From assembly GCF_006345805.1 (NCBI RefSeq), contig NC_043003.1, forward strand, positions 26,970,001 to 27,034,000: 64,000 bases of DNA. Reading direction: 5' to 3'. Positions 1 through 13,353 of the stretch are shown piece after piece. Positions within the stretch are counted from its first letter, which is position 1; every line of letters starts with the position of its first letter. Under the pieces are notes generated by a model. That model was not told where the DNA came from, did no database searches, and saw only the letters and a program-made list of their open reading frames with translations. Source of the DNA: Octopus sinensis (Eukaryota). The position numbers and the translations under genes are program-made.

Positions 1-360
1 CTGAGTTCAAATTCCGCCGAGGTCGATTTTGCCTTTCATCCTTTCGGGGTCAATAAATTAAGTACCAGTTACGCACTGGAGTCGATATAATCAACTTAAT
101 CAGTTTGTCTGTCTTTGTTTGTCCCCTCTATGTTTAGCCCCCTGTGGGCAATAAAGAAATAAGAATCGTTAGCACGCTGAGTGAAATACTTAGCGGCATG
201 TCGTCTGATTTCACGCTATCTGTTCAAATTCTGCCAGGATCGACTTTGCGTTTCATCCTTTTCGGGGTCGATAAAAAGTACCAATGAAACACTGGGGTCA
301 ATGCAATCGACTAGTCCCCTCCCCCAAAATTTCAGGCCTTGTGCTTTTAGTAGAAAGGAT
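1..360 (+). mobile_element. Two tandem SINE A copies, first truncated by the window edge
   Basis: Same gccgaggtcga...gcctttcatcctttcggggtc core as 753-985. Confidence 0.8.
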
Positions 361-1465
361 TATTGCTATTATTATTTTTATTCCTTCGTAACACAGGGCA
401 GGTAAAAATGCACCGGAGTTTTTAGTCATCTATCAAGTCACAACAAGAATCTCAGACAGATAATACTTTCCTTAAGATGTGTACGGTGCCCATTAAGGCT
501 GCTTTTTGCAAGACATCAATCTTGCATGGGATTTCCAGTTGCCTTACGAAGTCTTGAAATTCCAATGGGATTGAGCCCAGCGCTCTGATCACCACTGGTA
601 TCACTTCTACATTACCCTCTCGTATTCCTTACAGTCTTGCCATTTCCACTTTCAATTCGGAGAACTTGGTGATTTTTTCAACCTCTTTTCTCACAACATT
701 CATGTCATTTGGTATGGCTACATCAATCATCTGAGGGTATTTGTCTCTCTTAAGGCGGCGAGCTGGCAGAAACGTTAGCACGCCGGGCGAAATGCGAAGC
801 CGTATTTCGTCTGCCGTTGCGTTCTGAGTTCAAATTCCGCCGAGGTCGACTTTGCCTTTCATCCTTTCGGGGTCGATTAAATAAGTACCAGTTACGCACC
901 GGGGTCGAAATAATCGACTTAATCCGTTTGTCTGTCCTTGTTTGTCCCTTCTATGTTTAGCCCCTTGTGGGTAGTAAAGAAATAGGTATTTGTCCCTCTT
1001 ATTCAATATGACAATATCCGGTTGATAGTGTACGATTACACGATCCGTTTGAAAATCATAATCTCAGAGTATTGTTACTTTTCCATCCTCCTGCATAACT
1101 TTACTTGGTACATGCTCATACCAGTTCTCTGTTACTTCATATTGGTATTTACGGCATAAGAGCCAATGAAGATACACACACGCTTTATCGTGACGGCGTT
1201 GGTATTCTTTTTGTGCAAGGCTCACACATTCACTTACCAAGTGGGTCACATTGTCCACGCTCTTTCCACAGAGTCTACATTTCTGGGTGTCAGAAGTTTT
1301 ATAGATGTTATACTTCACTGAATTGGTAGCGAGAGCCTGGTCTTGTGCAGCAATGATCAGACGTTCGGTGGTACGCTTCAAATAACCTCGCTCAAGCCAT
1401 GCCCACGATGCTGAATTATCCTTAACGTCTTGTCTGTTCCTTTCAAACTGTCTATGCATTTTCAT
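361..1465 (-). mobile_element. R4/Dong-clade LINE, 5'-truncated, degenerate restriction-like endonuclease end
   Basis: CRLC..THLVSEC knuckle, RHD motif, PDIV...IDVAIP...KITK, ending LQKAALMGTVHILRKVLSV*. TAA-type tracts on both sides; interrupted by a SINE at 753-985. Confidence 0.85.
753..985 (+). mobile_element. SINE family A (tRNA-like head), full length, with TSD
   Basis: ggcggcgagctggcag start, B-box gagttcaaattcc, tail aaagaaata. Flanked by gtatttgtc(t/c)ctctta at 737-752 and 986-1001. Confidence 0.88.
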
Positions 1466-1844
1466 TACTATTATTATTATTATTATTATTATTAATAATA
1501 TTTTTATTAAGGGTGTGAGCTGGTAGAAGCGTTAGCATACGCTTTACATGCTTTCGGGGTCGATGAAGTAAGTACCAGTTGAACATTGGGGTCGATGTAA
1601 TCGACTCTACTGCTCCTCCAAAAATTCGGGTCTTGTGCCTATAACAGAAAGGACTATTATTTTTGTTGTTGTTTTGTTGTTGTTATCAAAGCTGCGAACT
1701 AACAGAATCTTTAGTGCGTCGAACAAAATACTCAGCAGCATTACTTCGAGACTCTATACGTTCTTGGTTAGTTGGTTAGTTTGTCCTGTTCTTACATCAT
1801 ATAGAAAATTTGGGGTCCAGTCGGTTAGGCGACCCAAATACGTA

Positions 1845-2149
1845 ATTTATTCCCCTCGAAAAGCAAAGCCGACCTTGGCGGAATTTGAACTCAGAACGTA
1901 ACGGCAGACGAAGTACCTATTTCTTTACTACCCACAAGGGGCTAAACACAGAGGGAACAAACAAGGACAGACAAACGGATTAAGTCGATTTTATCGACCG
2001 CAGTGCGTAACTGGTACTTATTTAATCGACCCCGAAAGAATGAAAGGCAAAGTTGACTTCGGCGGAATTTGAACTCAGAACGTAGCAGCAGACGAAATAC
2101 TGCTAGGCATTTCGCCCGGCGTGCTAACGTTTCTGCCAGCTCGCCGCCC
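1845..2149 (-). mobile_element. SINE A tandem/composite copy
   Basis: Reverse complement of the SINE A core and tail. Confidence 0.8.
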
Positions 2150-2699
2150 TGAATTTAACCAATAAAAAAAACATCGAATATGCCAAACAACACTTAAGAC
2201 ACAGTCTCTATGCGTTGCAGAATAACAATGAACCGTACGTGAAGACACAATTTTTTAGGATTAAAACACGCATAAAGAGAAAAATAAAAGATATATATAT
2301 ATTTCAGGTTCTGGGGCGTAAACAAACCAAACACTGGTTGTCAAGCAGCAGGGTAGGGTGGGGGACACAAAAAAAAAGGCACAAACACACACATACACGC
2401 GCATATGTATATTTATAATTACGATGGCTTCTGCAGTTTCCGTCTACCAAATTCTCTCACAAGGGGTGAAGAAAGGACTTGGAGGGTGAGGAGAAAAGAG
2501 AGTGGAGTAGGGAAGTGGAGATTGGGAGAAGGAAGAGGATACTGGGGAGTGGATGGCAGGGAAGGAGGCGGAGAAGGAAGAGAAGAAAGAAAGAAAGGAA
2601 GAACGAAAGAAAGGAAGAGAGATAGAAAGAAAGAAAGAACGAAGGAAAGAAAGAATAGAGGAACAAGAAACAAAGAAAGGCATGAAAAGAAGAAAAAAA

Positions 2700-3273
<574 letters not shown>

Positions 3274-3629
3274 ATCGCTAATTCGGTAAGGTCATCATAG
3301 ATGTCTTTCGATGTTGTAAACAGTTTCACACCTGTTGAAGCAGTCACCAGTCAGTCCAGGTGAAAGTTAATTAGTAACTGCCGATTTATTTATTTTCATG
3401 GCAGTTTTGAAGTTTGCTGCTGCTGCTGCTACTGCTGCTGTTGCTACCGCTGCTGTTGTTATTGTTGCTATTGTTGCTGTAGAGTTTGCTAACCAAATGT
3501 CAGCTGTTTCTCCTCAGTGGGGTAGATGGAGTGGTTTGGTAATGGATGTGAGGTGGGGGCGGTGTTGTATCAGAGAGTGGACTGTAGTGGCGGCCATGTG
3601 GAGAGGAGGTGCTGAATGGCCAAAACGAG

Positions 3630-3660
<31 letters not shown>

Positions 3661-4369
3661 AATTGTTTAGCCACGAGTCAGTCCTGATCCAGGTAACATG
3701 TCATCCAAAACAAGTTGTTATTGTCGTTGTTATTAATGCAAGCACGCCGGACAAAATACCTCGGAGCATTTCGTTCGACTTTACGTTCTGAGTTCAAATT
3801 CCACCGAGGTCGATCATGCCTTTCGTCCTTTTCAGGGTCGATAAAACAAATACCAGTTTGAACACTTGAGGTCGACGTAATCGACTAGCCGCCTCCTTCA
3901 AAACGACAAGCCTTCTGCCTATAGTAGAAAGAGTCGTAGTTGTTGTTATTATTATTGTTGTGGTTCTTCTTATTGTTGTAGTTGTCGTCATCGTCGTCAT
4001 CGTTGTTGCTGTTGTTGTTCTTGTTGTTTAGCTTTAAACCAGTCCTGATTCAGAAGACATGTAATCCAAAGTTCTCCATTCGTAATTATTCTGTTCCTTT
4101 GATGTATGTGTGAATGTGGTGTGTGTGTATGTGTGGAAAGAGAGAGAGAGAGAGAGATAGAGAAGGGGGAGAGAGAGAAGGGGAGAAAGAGAGAGAAGGA
4201 GAGACAGACAGACAGACAGACAGACAAATATATACACAGATAAACAGACAAATCTTTAGACAGGAAAGTGTTAAAAATATACGTTCGTGGTACTATCAAT
4301 ATCTGAAAGAAACATGGGGTGAAAGCCAGTGTAGAGTGTGAAATTTTAATATGATATTCTTTTCTTCTC

Positions 4370-5356
4370 TAGGCACAAGGCCCGAAAATTTGGGGGAAGG
4401 GGCTAGCCGAATTAGATCGACCCCAGTACGCAAATGGTACTTAATTTATTGACCCCGAAAGGATGAAAAGCAAAGTCGACCTCAGCGGAATTTGAACTCA
4501 GAACGTAGCAACGGGAGAAATATTATATAATATAATGTGTATAAGCGTGTGTGCTTGAGAGTGAGTGACAAGGAAGGGGATAGAGTGCCATGTGGCAGGA
4601 ATTAATTTATAATTATTCATATTCTCAGGAATATCTGGTCAATAACATCGAGCTGAAGTGTGATAGACAACACAGAAAAGTCTACCTACTGATGCTTAAG
4701 TGGCTACGAAATTATCTATGTTCCGCATGCGATATGTTGGAAGATGACAACTAAGCTAACAATAATAATCTAAATATCGAATCTAAATTTTGGCACAAGG
4801 CTAACAATTTCGAGTGGTTGGGTAAGTCGATTACATCGACCCCCAATTTTTAACTGGTAACTTATGTAATCGACTCTGAAAGGTTGAGAGGCAAAGTTGA
4901 CCTCGGCGGAATTTGAACTCAGAACGTGAAGGCATGCGAAATGCTGCTGAGCATTTTCCCCGGCGTGCTAATGATTCTTATTTCTTTATTGCCCCACAAG
5001 GGGCTAAACATAGAGGGGGGACAAACAAGGACAGACAAACAGATTAAGTCGATTACATCGACCCCAGTGCGTAAACTGGGACTTAATCTATCGACCCCGA
5101 AAGGATGAAAGGCAAAGTCGACCTTGGTGGAATTTGAACTCAGAACGTAACGGCAAACGAAATACTGCTAAGAATTTCGCCCAGCGTGCTAACGTTTCTG
5201 CCAGCTCGCCGCCTTTCGAAAGAGTCAGCAGAAGTTTGCCATTACCTTCTGTCGGAGTCACGTGGAGCTTAGGTGTTTCGCTCATAAACACACACATCGC
5301 CCGGTCTGCTAAGAATTTCGCCAGGCGCGCTAACGATTCTAACAGCTCGCCGCCCT
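4370..5356 (-). mobile_element. Cluster of SINE A copies with a family C SINE fragment
   Basis: Repeated gacctcggcggaatttgaactcagaacg segments. 5220-5310 matches the family C body. Confidence 0.75.
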
Positions 5357-5794
5357 AATAACAGTCTAAATATCACTAACACTGCCAACACAACCATCAT
5401 TATCCCCATCACTATTACAGAAACCCAAATAATATAGTTTTATTTATATTAAGGGGAGAGCAAGCGATCTTCAGGGTAATCTGCGTAAATGAGATGCATA
5501 CCGATATGCGATTCGAGTCCCGTGGATAGGCCTGGATCTGCTATTATGCTGAATTGGTAGTTGTATCATATCATCGGTGTAAGGCGTTGAGCTGGTAGAA
5601 TTGTTAGCATCCTGGACAAATGATTAATGGAATTTCTTCCGGCTCTTTACATCTCATATATATGTGTGTGTGTGTGCTTGTGTGTCTGTGTTTGTCCCAC
5701 CAACATCGCTTGACAACCGATGCTGGTGTGTTTACGTCCCCGTAACTTAGCGAGGTACACAGAGAGTTAACATAAGCATATAATCATTAAATAT

Positions 5795-6180
5795 GCAATA
5801 GGAGTGGCTGTGTGGTAAGTAGCTTGCTTACCAACCACATGGTTCCGGGTTCAGTCCCACTGCGTGGCACCTTGGACAATGTGTCTTCTACTATAGCCTC
5901 GGGCCGACCAAAGCCTTCTGAGTGGATTTGGTAGACGGAAACTGAAAGTCGTATATGTGTATATATGTGAGTTTGTGCTTGTGTGTCTGTGTTTGTCCCA
6001 CAAACATCGCTTGACAACCGATGCTGGTGTGTTTACGTCCCCGTAACTTAGCGGTTCGGCAAAAGAGACCGATAGAATAAGTACTAGACTTACAAAGAAT
6101 AAGTCCTAGGATCGATTTGCTCGACTAAAGGCGGTGCTCCAGCATGGCCACAGTCAAATGACTGAAACAAGTAAAAGAGA
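5795..6180 (+). mobile_element. SINE family B (ggagtggctgtgtggtaag head)
   Basis: tRNA-like head with ggttcagtccc box, ggcaccttgg...gtgtcttctac segment, internal TA/TG microsatellite, tail atgactgaaacaagtaaaaga. Many copies in the window. Confidence 0.85.
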
Positions 6181-6588
6181 GAGAGTAAAGAGTATACTTT
6201 TTTTTATATTTAGATGAGATATTGTTTTCTTTTTCTTTTATGCAAAATGTCAAATTTAGCCCGAACACCCTGTATTTATGCGCGCATGCGTATATATATA
6301 CGTGTGTGTGTGCGTGTGCGCGCGCGCGTGTGTGTGTGTACTACAAACCACTCAACCCCATTACACGCCACTACTAGAGGTACCGTCAAAACAACAACCA
6401 CTACTATTACTGCTACCACTACTATTACTGCTACCACCGCCAACGCCATAGTTGTTATTACCATCAGCACCACTTACCATCAACGCTACCACCACCACCA
6501 CACTACCATACTACCACAACTACTACCACTATCATTAAAAACACCACTGCCAGAGCTCCTGTTGCCACCATCAACAACACCAGTGCGA

Positions 6589-6962
6589 AGAGAAGAAGAA
6601 GAAGAAGAAGAACAACAACAACAACAACAACAACAACAAAAACAACAGAAGAAGGAGGAGGAGGAGGAGGAGGAGGAGGAGAAGAAGAAGAAGAAGAAGA
6701 AGAGAAGAACAACACCAACAACAAAACAACAACAACAAAAACAAACAGAAGAAGAAGAAGAAGAAGGAGAGAAGAAGAAGAAGAAGAAGAAGAAGAACAA
6801 CAACACAACACCACCAACAACAAAAACACCAAGCAGAAAGAAGGAGAAGAAGAAGAAGAAGAAGAAAAGAAGGAGAAGAAGAGAAGAAGAAGAAGAAGAA
6901 GACGAAGAAGAAGAAGAAGAAGAAGAAGAGAAGAAGAAGAACACACAACAACAACAACAACG

Positions 6963-7014
<52 letters not shown>

Positions 7015-7016
7015 AC
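6589..7016 (+). repeat. (AAG)n/(AAC)n/(GAG)n compound trinucleotide microsatellite
   Basis: Seen directly. Confidence 0.95.
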
Positions 7017-7647
7017 AGCAACATACGTAGTATCCAGAACAGATGTGTGGATATTTTTAGTTTGCTTTTTATCTTCAGTTTAATTCCGTTTGTCTTGATG
7101 GAACATAAAACTTAGCAGCTACTTGACAATTGAATAACAAAAACTGGTCTCTCTCTCTCTCTCTCTCTCTTTCTCTTATTCCCTCTCTCCTCTCTGTCCC
7201 TTTATGTGTGTATGTATGTATGTATGTATGTATGTATGAATGTATGTATGTATGAATATATGGATGGATGGATGGATGGATGTTTGTATGTAATGTGCGC
7301 AGATAGATATACATATTACGTATATACAGATATATACTCATATATGTATATGTGCATGTATCGTGCGTGCGTGTGTGTACGTATGTGTGTGTGCATGTGA
7401 GTGTGTATGTGTGTCTATATATATAAATTCACACTAGTATGCATAGATAGATAGATATACATATGCACACAAATATATATATATATATATATTTGCATGT
7501 GTGCGTATGAGGGTGTATATATACATATGAATACATGTTTATACACACACACACATATATATATATACACACACACATATAGATATACAGGCACACATAC
7601 CCCACACACACATATACACACATGCATACATACATATATATGCATTA

Positions 7648-7885
7648 CTTCCACTTTCGTCATTTTGTCGCCGCATGTGTATCGTTGGCGATTTTCTTTC
7701 TCCGTCTTCCCTTCTCTGGACTTTTTCTATATTTCTGACGAAGAGAATCCGCTCGAAACGTAAAATCTTCTTTCTTTTCTTTCCTTTCCTGAGCGTCCAA
7801 TAATACTGTACTTATTCCATCTCCTCGCCTTGTTGTTTTTCGTTGTTTTTTCTTGCTTGTTCATGTTTGGATTAATCATACATTC
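7648..7885 (+). mobile_element. Short element with minimal hammerhead motif (Penelope-like-derived)
   Basis: attt-CTGACGA-a-gag/aatccg/ctc-GAAAC-GTA-aaat at 7731-7766. Downstream ttcctgagcg..aata is shared with the copies at 19534, 20923 and 21380. Confidence 0.6.
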
Positions 7886-7914
7886 AGACATACATACATA
7901 CATACATACATACA

Positions 7915-7946
<32 letters not shown>

Positions 7947-8479
7947 CACATACATACATACATACATACATACATACATACATACATACATACATACGTA
8001 CGTACATGCATGCATGCATACACAAATATATATATATGAATACATGTTTATGTGTATGTGTGTATGCGTGTGCATGTGTGTTTATGCATGTGTCTGCGTT
8101 TGCACTCGCGCTTTATCTGGAGATTGTATAGGAACCATCATCTAGAATCAAACAACATCGAAGAGCATAAAGTCAGAATCTACAGGGCGGGCATTGTTAG
8201 AGAGCTAATGACGAAATTGTTAGTGAAAGTTCTTTATGAGACCTTATACAAAGAAGAGCTAGCAGTGGACGACAAGCCAAGATTTGTATCAAGCAGATTT
8301 GTGATGACATAAACTGAAATCCCACTGACCTTCCGAACACGCTATGTTTAAGATAGCGTATTTTACCTTGTGTATATTTGTGTTATATATGTATATATAT
8401 ATATATATATATATACATATAGAATGTAGTAATTAAGAATGAGCAGAAAAGTCTTTGCAACTGCTATGGAGTAGCTGAA

Positions 8480-8745
8480 ATATTTGCAGAGTTTCATTGC
8501 TGCCTCTTTGTATCTATGGCAAACTACACTATTAATAGTCCTCATATCTTCAAATGATGTAGGTCCGGGAATATGATTTAGTAAAGCTCTCAGATAGAAT
8601 TGCTCTTGCTTCTTTAGTGAAAGTAGATACCCCCAATTGAGTGTGTATTATTTTTTCTGAGTTGCCACATTTTCTCACAAAGTGTAAAATTCAGGGAAAT
8701 TGAGTTATCTGGTGATTCCCGGTTAACTCGCATTCATTCAGTGAG
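8480..8745 (-). pseudogene. Helitron RepHel remnant (Rep-helicase linker)
   Basis: TLTE*MRVNRESPD, FPEFYT, WQLRKNNTHSIGGIY and EQFYLRALLNHIPGPTSFEDMRTINSVVCHRYKEAAMKL match the YLRxLLxxxxGPTSFED motif; stops and frameshifts present. Confidence 0.8.
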
Positions 8746-8957
8746 AGTGGACCTGTCATGTGTGTGGATAACATGTTCAATATCATCATCGTCATTTAAG
8801 TAAATGTATTGTTGTTAGGATAAATGAACTGTAAACTGTTTGACTGCAGGATATGGACCATGTAATTTTAACCCTAAAATCCTTCAGACTGCCTCTGGTG
8901 AGGATACATAGCGGCCATTGATATAATTTTCAATTTTATCTTTGTGTGTTTGTCGTG

Positions 8958-9183
8958 CGAGCTGGCAGAAACGTTAACACGCCGGGCGAAATGCTTTGTG
9001 GTATTTCGTTCGCCGCTGCGTTCTGAGTTCAAATTCCGCCGAGGTCGACTTTGCCTTTCATCCTTTCGGGGTCGATTAAATAAGTACCAGTTACGCACTG
9101 GGGTCGATATTATCGACTTAATCCGTTTGTCCGTCCTTGTTTGTCCTCTCTGTGTTTAGCCCCTTGTGGGTAGTAAAGAAATA
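8958..9183 (+). mobile_element. SINE A, full length
   Basis: Near identical to 753-985. Confidence 0.88.
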
Positions 9184-9425
9184 GGTTTGTCCACTAGTAT
9201 TGACTATCACCCGATCATGACCTTTATAAATGTATTTGCTGATATAATTAACTGTTATTATTGATGCACATATCTCTCCATTACAATGACCTCCATATTT
9301 GACTAAAAAGAAGGGGTAATATGGTACGATTATCTGAACGATTATCTAATTCAACATTAGACTTTGTAAATGTAAAAACCATTATTTCGACGTCGGTAAA
9401 GTGGATAGTCATTATAACTGTAATG

Positions 9426-9668
9426 TAAGGGGTTTAGAATTACGGCGTATCCTTAGACCCCAAACGTTGCTGACCTAAGACCTCTTCAAAATATGGAGGG
9501 AGAAATGCCTCCCAATAAAAGTAAACACTAAGTGATTATCTCCCTTCGCCATTGGTTATCAAGTTTCGGCCGCTTTTATAGAGAGGCATTTCCCACTTCA
9601 TATTTTGAAGAGGTCTTAGGTTAGCAGTGTTTGGGGTCTGAGGATACGCCGTAAGTCTAACCCCCTTA
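9426..9668. mobile_element. Foldback MITE with ~95-bp terminal inverted repeats
   Basis: Arms 9426-9521 and 9573-9668 are reverse complements with scattered mismatches. Ends TA-AGGGG...CCCCT-TA. Confidence 0.75.
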
Positions 9669-9790
9669 TGAACGAGAAACCCAGGGTAACCCTATAAACC
9701 GGTCCCCATTACGATATTAACTGCTCTACATCTTAGAGTTTACTTCTCCCCCGAATTTATATATTTCTACAAACGATATATGTATATATA

Positions 9791-9864
<74 letters not shown>

Positions 9865-9894
9865 AATAAGATATATATATGCATATATACACAC

Positions 9895-9925
<31 letters not shown>

Positions 9926-10403
9926 TACACGCGCACATGCACACACACATACACACACACACACCTACTTACATCACAGGAAACACGTGTGGCTCTAGAG
10001 TGTTTCAGATGTTGGTCAGTTACTGTAAATACCATGAAGTGCTATATAAGAGTTATAACAATATGATCTACAGCGACAACTACACAAGCACACACACACA
10101 CACACACACACACTAACACATATACAGACTACAACACTCACACACACTACAACACACACAACACACTATCACACCAATCCACCCACATACACACACACAC
10201 ATACACACACAAACAACAAAAACAGCAGCAGCTGCCGCCGACCCAACCAAAGTGCCTCAACGTGGTCACTCGACTGCCTAGAAATAACAGCGTTAATGCA
10301 CTCTCGACAACCACACAAACGCCCTCACACACACACGCACACACACACACACGCACGCACACACACACGCACGCACAAACACACACGCCCTCACACACAC
10401 ACG

Positions 10404-10458
<55 letters not shown>

Positions 10459-10663
10459 ACACATGCAAGTGTGTGTTTATGTGTGTCTGTGCTTGTCCCT
10501 AACCGCCGCTTGACAACCGATGTTGGTGTATTTACGTCTCCGTAATCAGCGGTTAGAATAAGCAACAGGCTTGAAAGAACCTAAGTACTGGTGCCAAGAG
10601 AAATTCTCCAAGGAGATGCCCCAGCATGGCTGCAGTCTAATTTAATCAAAAATGTTAAAGATA

Positions 10664-10733
10664 TGTTTCTTTATTAGCCACACAGGGTTGCACACAGATA
10701 GAACAAATTACAAGGTAGAGCTTTTCTTTGAAT

Positions 10734-10767
<34 letters not shown>

Positions 10768-13341
10768 AGGGGGAGTTCGATCAAAAGGGATCGTAAAAGG
10801 AGAGAAAGAGGACAAAAAAAGGGGGGTTAAAAAAAAAAAAAAAAAAAAGGGGGAGAGGAAAAAAAAATTGATCAATAGGGATCGTTATCACAGAAATGTC
10901 AATATGAAGTGTAAAGGGGAGGACAGGTGAGGTTACCCGTGGAAAGAAAAGCCTACGGAAAAGACCACGGTAACCTCGGTCAATGAAGTCACATTTTATA
11001 TTCTTTTTTTTTTTTTTTTTTTTTTTTTGCAAATAAGCAACTCTCTGTTTTCGATTTCTGGGTTCATAGGACTATGCTCAAGGTGGCTTCGTCATTCATA
11101 CGTGCCATTCTTGCTACATTCACCCATCTTTTTTTAAAACATTCGCTAGACAAAACTTGCCTCTCTACTCTCACTTTCCTTTTCAAGTGGTACTTGAAGA
11201 AGTTGATGAGAGATTGACCAGAGAGGAAAGTGTTTGTCTCCAATCCTTTCAGACGCGTCCACCAGATACATTCTTTCGCCATAGCCACAAGGATGATGAA
11301 AATAGCTCTCCTTCCCGTTTGAAGGAAGGAGGCGTGACAATATTGACGATAGACTCAGCTGATAAACCGACTCGTCCCACACGTGACAGCAGTTGTTCGA
11401 CATAAGCCCACAGGTCGGAAATTGTTGGACACTGAACGAGTGCGTGCAGAACGGTTTCGTCGCTCTGACCGCATCTCGGGCAGGTCGGCCCCGTGTTTCT
11501 CGAGCCGTGTCTGTAGAGCTTATCCCGAACGGGTAGCGCTTCTCGGTAGCACTGCCAGGCCAGGGATCTCTGGAAGTTGTCCATGGGCCCTGGCCCGAAA
11601 GTCGTCCCGAACAGGCGGGTCAGGTACTCCTCGTCGACGTCCAGGTTCGCCCCGAGCTCGTCGTCGTACCTCCCCTCCACTAAACCCCTATAGAATGCTT
11701 TGTTGTGTTGAAGTCACTTAAGGTCGACCCAGGACGGCAGAGTTGCTTGAGAGCAACGCGACACTCGGCGGTGCCATTCGCCCTTCCTCGGCCTCTTTTT
11801 GATCCACGACTGCAATTCGGTCATGGAGACGAGCTGCGGGAAAGCGTGCCTCACAAACGGCGACCACACCTGTTCACCGTCGTCTACATAGAGCCAGAGA
11901 TGTCGCAGTCTCAGCGCGTGTCTGCGCATCATCAACCACGGCATGCCCAGCCCTCCTTTTAACGGGTGTTGACAGCAAATGGATCGCCTGACCATCGGGA
12001 CGCATCCTTTCCACAAGAAGCGAAGAGGATGCGTTGTAGTTTGGTGATGGTAGGGTCGGGACAAGGTACGACGGTCAGGCGGTAGTAGATGACGGACGCG
12101 ATGTACGTGTTCGCCACCTCCGCTCGACCTTTTAGGGACAGTTTCCTCTCGGCCCATTGCCGGGCGAGAGTGACCACCCTACTCGTTATCTCGTTCCAGT
12201 CTTCTCCACTTGGAGGTCCGGACCAAACCAGACCTCGAGCAACTCAACGGGCCGTCGGTCCAGCGTCCCACGACGGAGGCGCTGGTGGACGGCATGGGCT
12301 TGCTTCTCCAGGTGCCTAGTCGCAAGCCCACTGACTTTTCCGGTTGATTTCGCTCCTGTCACCGCTTCGTAGTTTTTCAGTGTCTCGCCGACCAGCTCGA
12401 TGTGCTCGTGGCTAGACACTATGACGGTGACGTCGTCCGCGTATGCAGACACGCTCGTCCCGCATCCCAATTCTCGCGGGATGCCCCTTAGAGTCGCCAG
12501 CTTCCGCAGTAGTGGCTCAAGAGTCAATACGTATAGAAGCGCCGAGAGGGGGCATCCCTGACGGACCGAACGTGCAATGTCGAAAGGTCTTGATAGATGT
12601 CCATTTACGCGAATTACCGAACGGATGCCTCTGTACAAGGCAGCTATCCAGCCGCGGAAGACGGGACCGAAACCAGCCGCTCTCAGGACTGCCTCCAAGT
12701 ATCGATGGTCTACCCTATCAAAGGCTTTCGATTGATCCAAGTTGATCAGGGCCCCACCCATGCCAGGTTCGTTAACTACCCTGTCTATGATGTAGCGCAT
12801 CAATGAGGTTGTCATGGATGGTCCGGCCTGGCACGGCGCATGTTTGCGCCTTGTCGACCAGTTTCTCGATGACAACGCCAACCTCTTGGCTAGCACCTTG
12901 GCCAAAATTTTCAAGTCTGCATTAAGCAGAGTGATGGGCCTAAGTTATCTATTACATTTCCCTTGTTTAGATCTTTCTTCAGCAGTGTTACGGCTCCTCG
13001 GCTCACAAACCAGGAATGCTCCCGTTTTGCTGCCAGTTGCAGTACACCGCCGCCAAGAGATCTCCAAACAAGTCTGGCATACAATTGTAAAGCTCGTAGG
13101 GTAGACCATCCAAACCCGGTGATTTGTCCCTCGAGCATTCTGCCATCGCTTCCCGCACTTCCGCCGCCGTGATGGCACCTTCGCAGCACCCTGCCTTTCT
13201 TGTCGAGAGTCGTGGTAGGCTATGTAGGTAGGCACTGAAGTCCACCCTACGTTCTTGCCCTCCACTCGTTCCGAACAGTCGGGCCAAAATGCTGCTGAAG
13301 AGGCCTCACACATTTTACTTGGCTCGAGCAATTCGCGCCCC
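10664..13341 (-). mobile_element. Tx1-clade (L1 group) LINE, 5'-truncated, with TSD
   Basis: KSPGLDGLPYE, LDQSKAFDRV, QGCPLS and YADD RT motifs; CPRC..ETVLHALVQC knuckle; 3' end aataaagaaac. TAAAGATA at 10656-10663 and 13342-13349. Confidence 0.9.
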
Positions 13342-13353
13342 TAAAGATAAATA

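Noticed and set aside
3301-3359. Exon MSFDVVNSFTPVEAVTSQS
   Set aside because: The acceptor has no pyrimidine tract (it follows GATA repeats), and its phase does not fit the 4629 candidate.
8132-8312. Exon NHHLESNNIEEHKVRIYRAG...
   Set aside because: Weak acceptor, no recognisable family and no phase-consistent link to other candidates.
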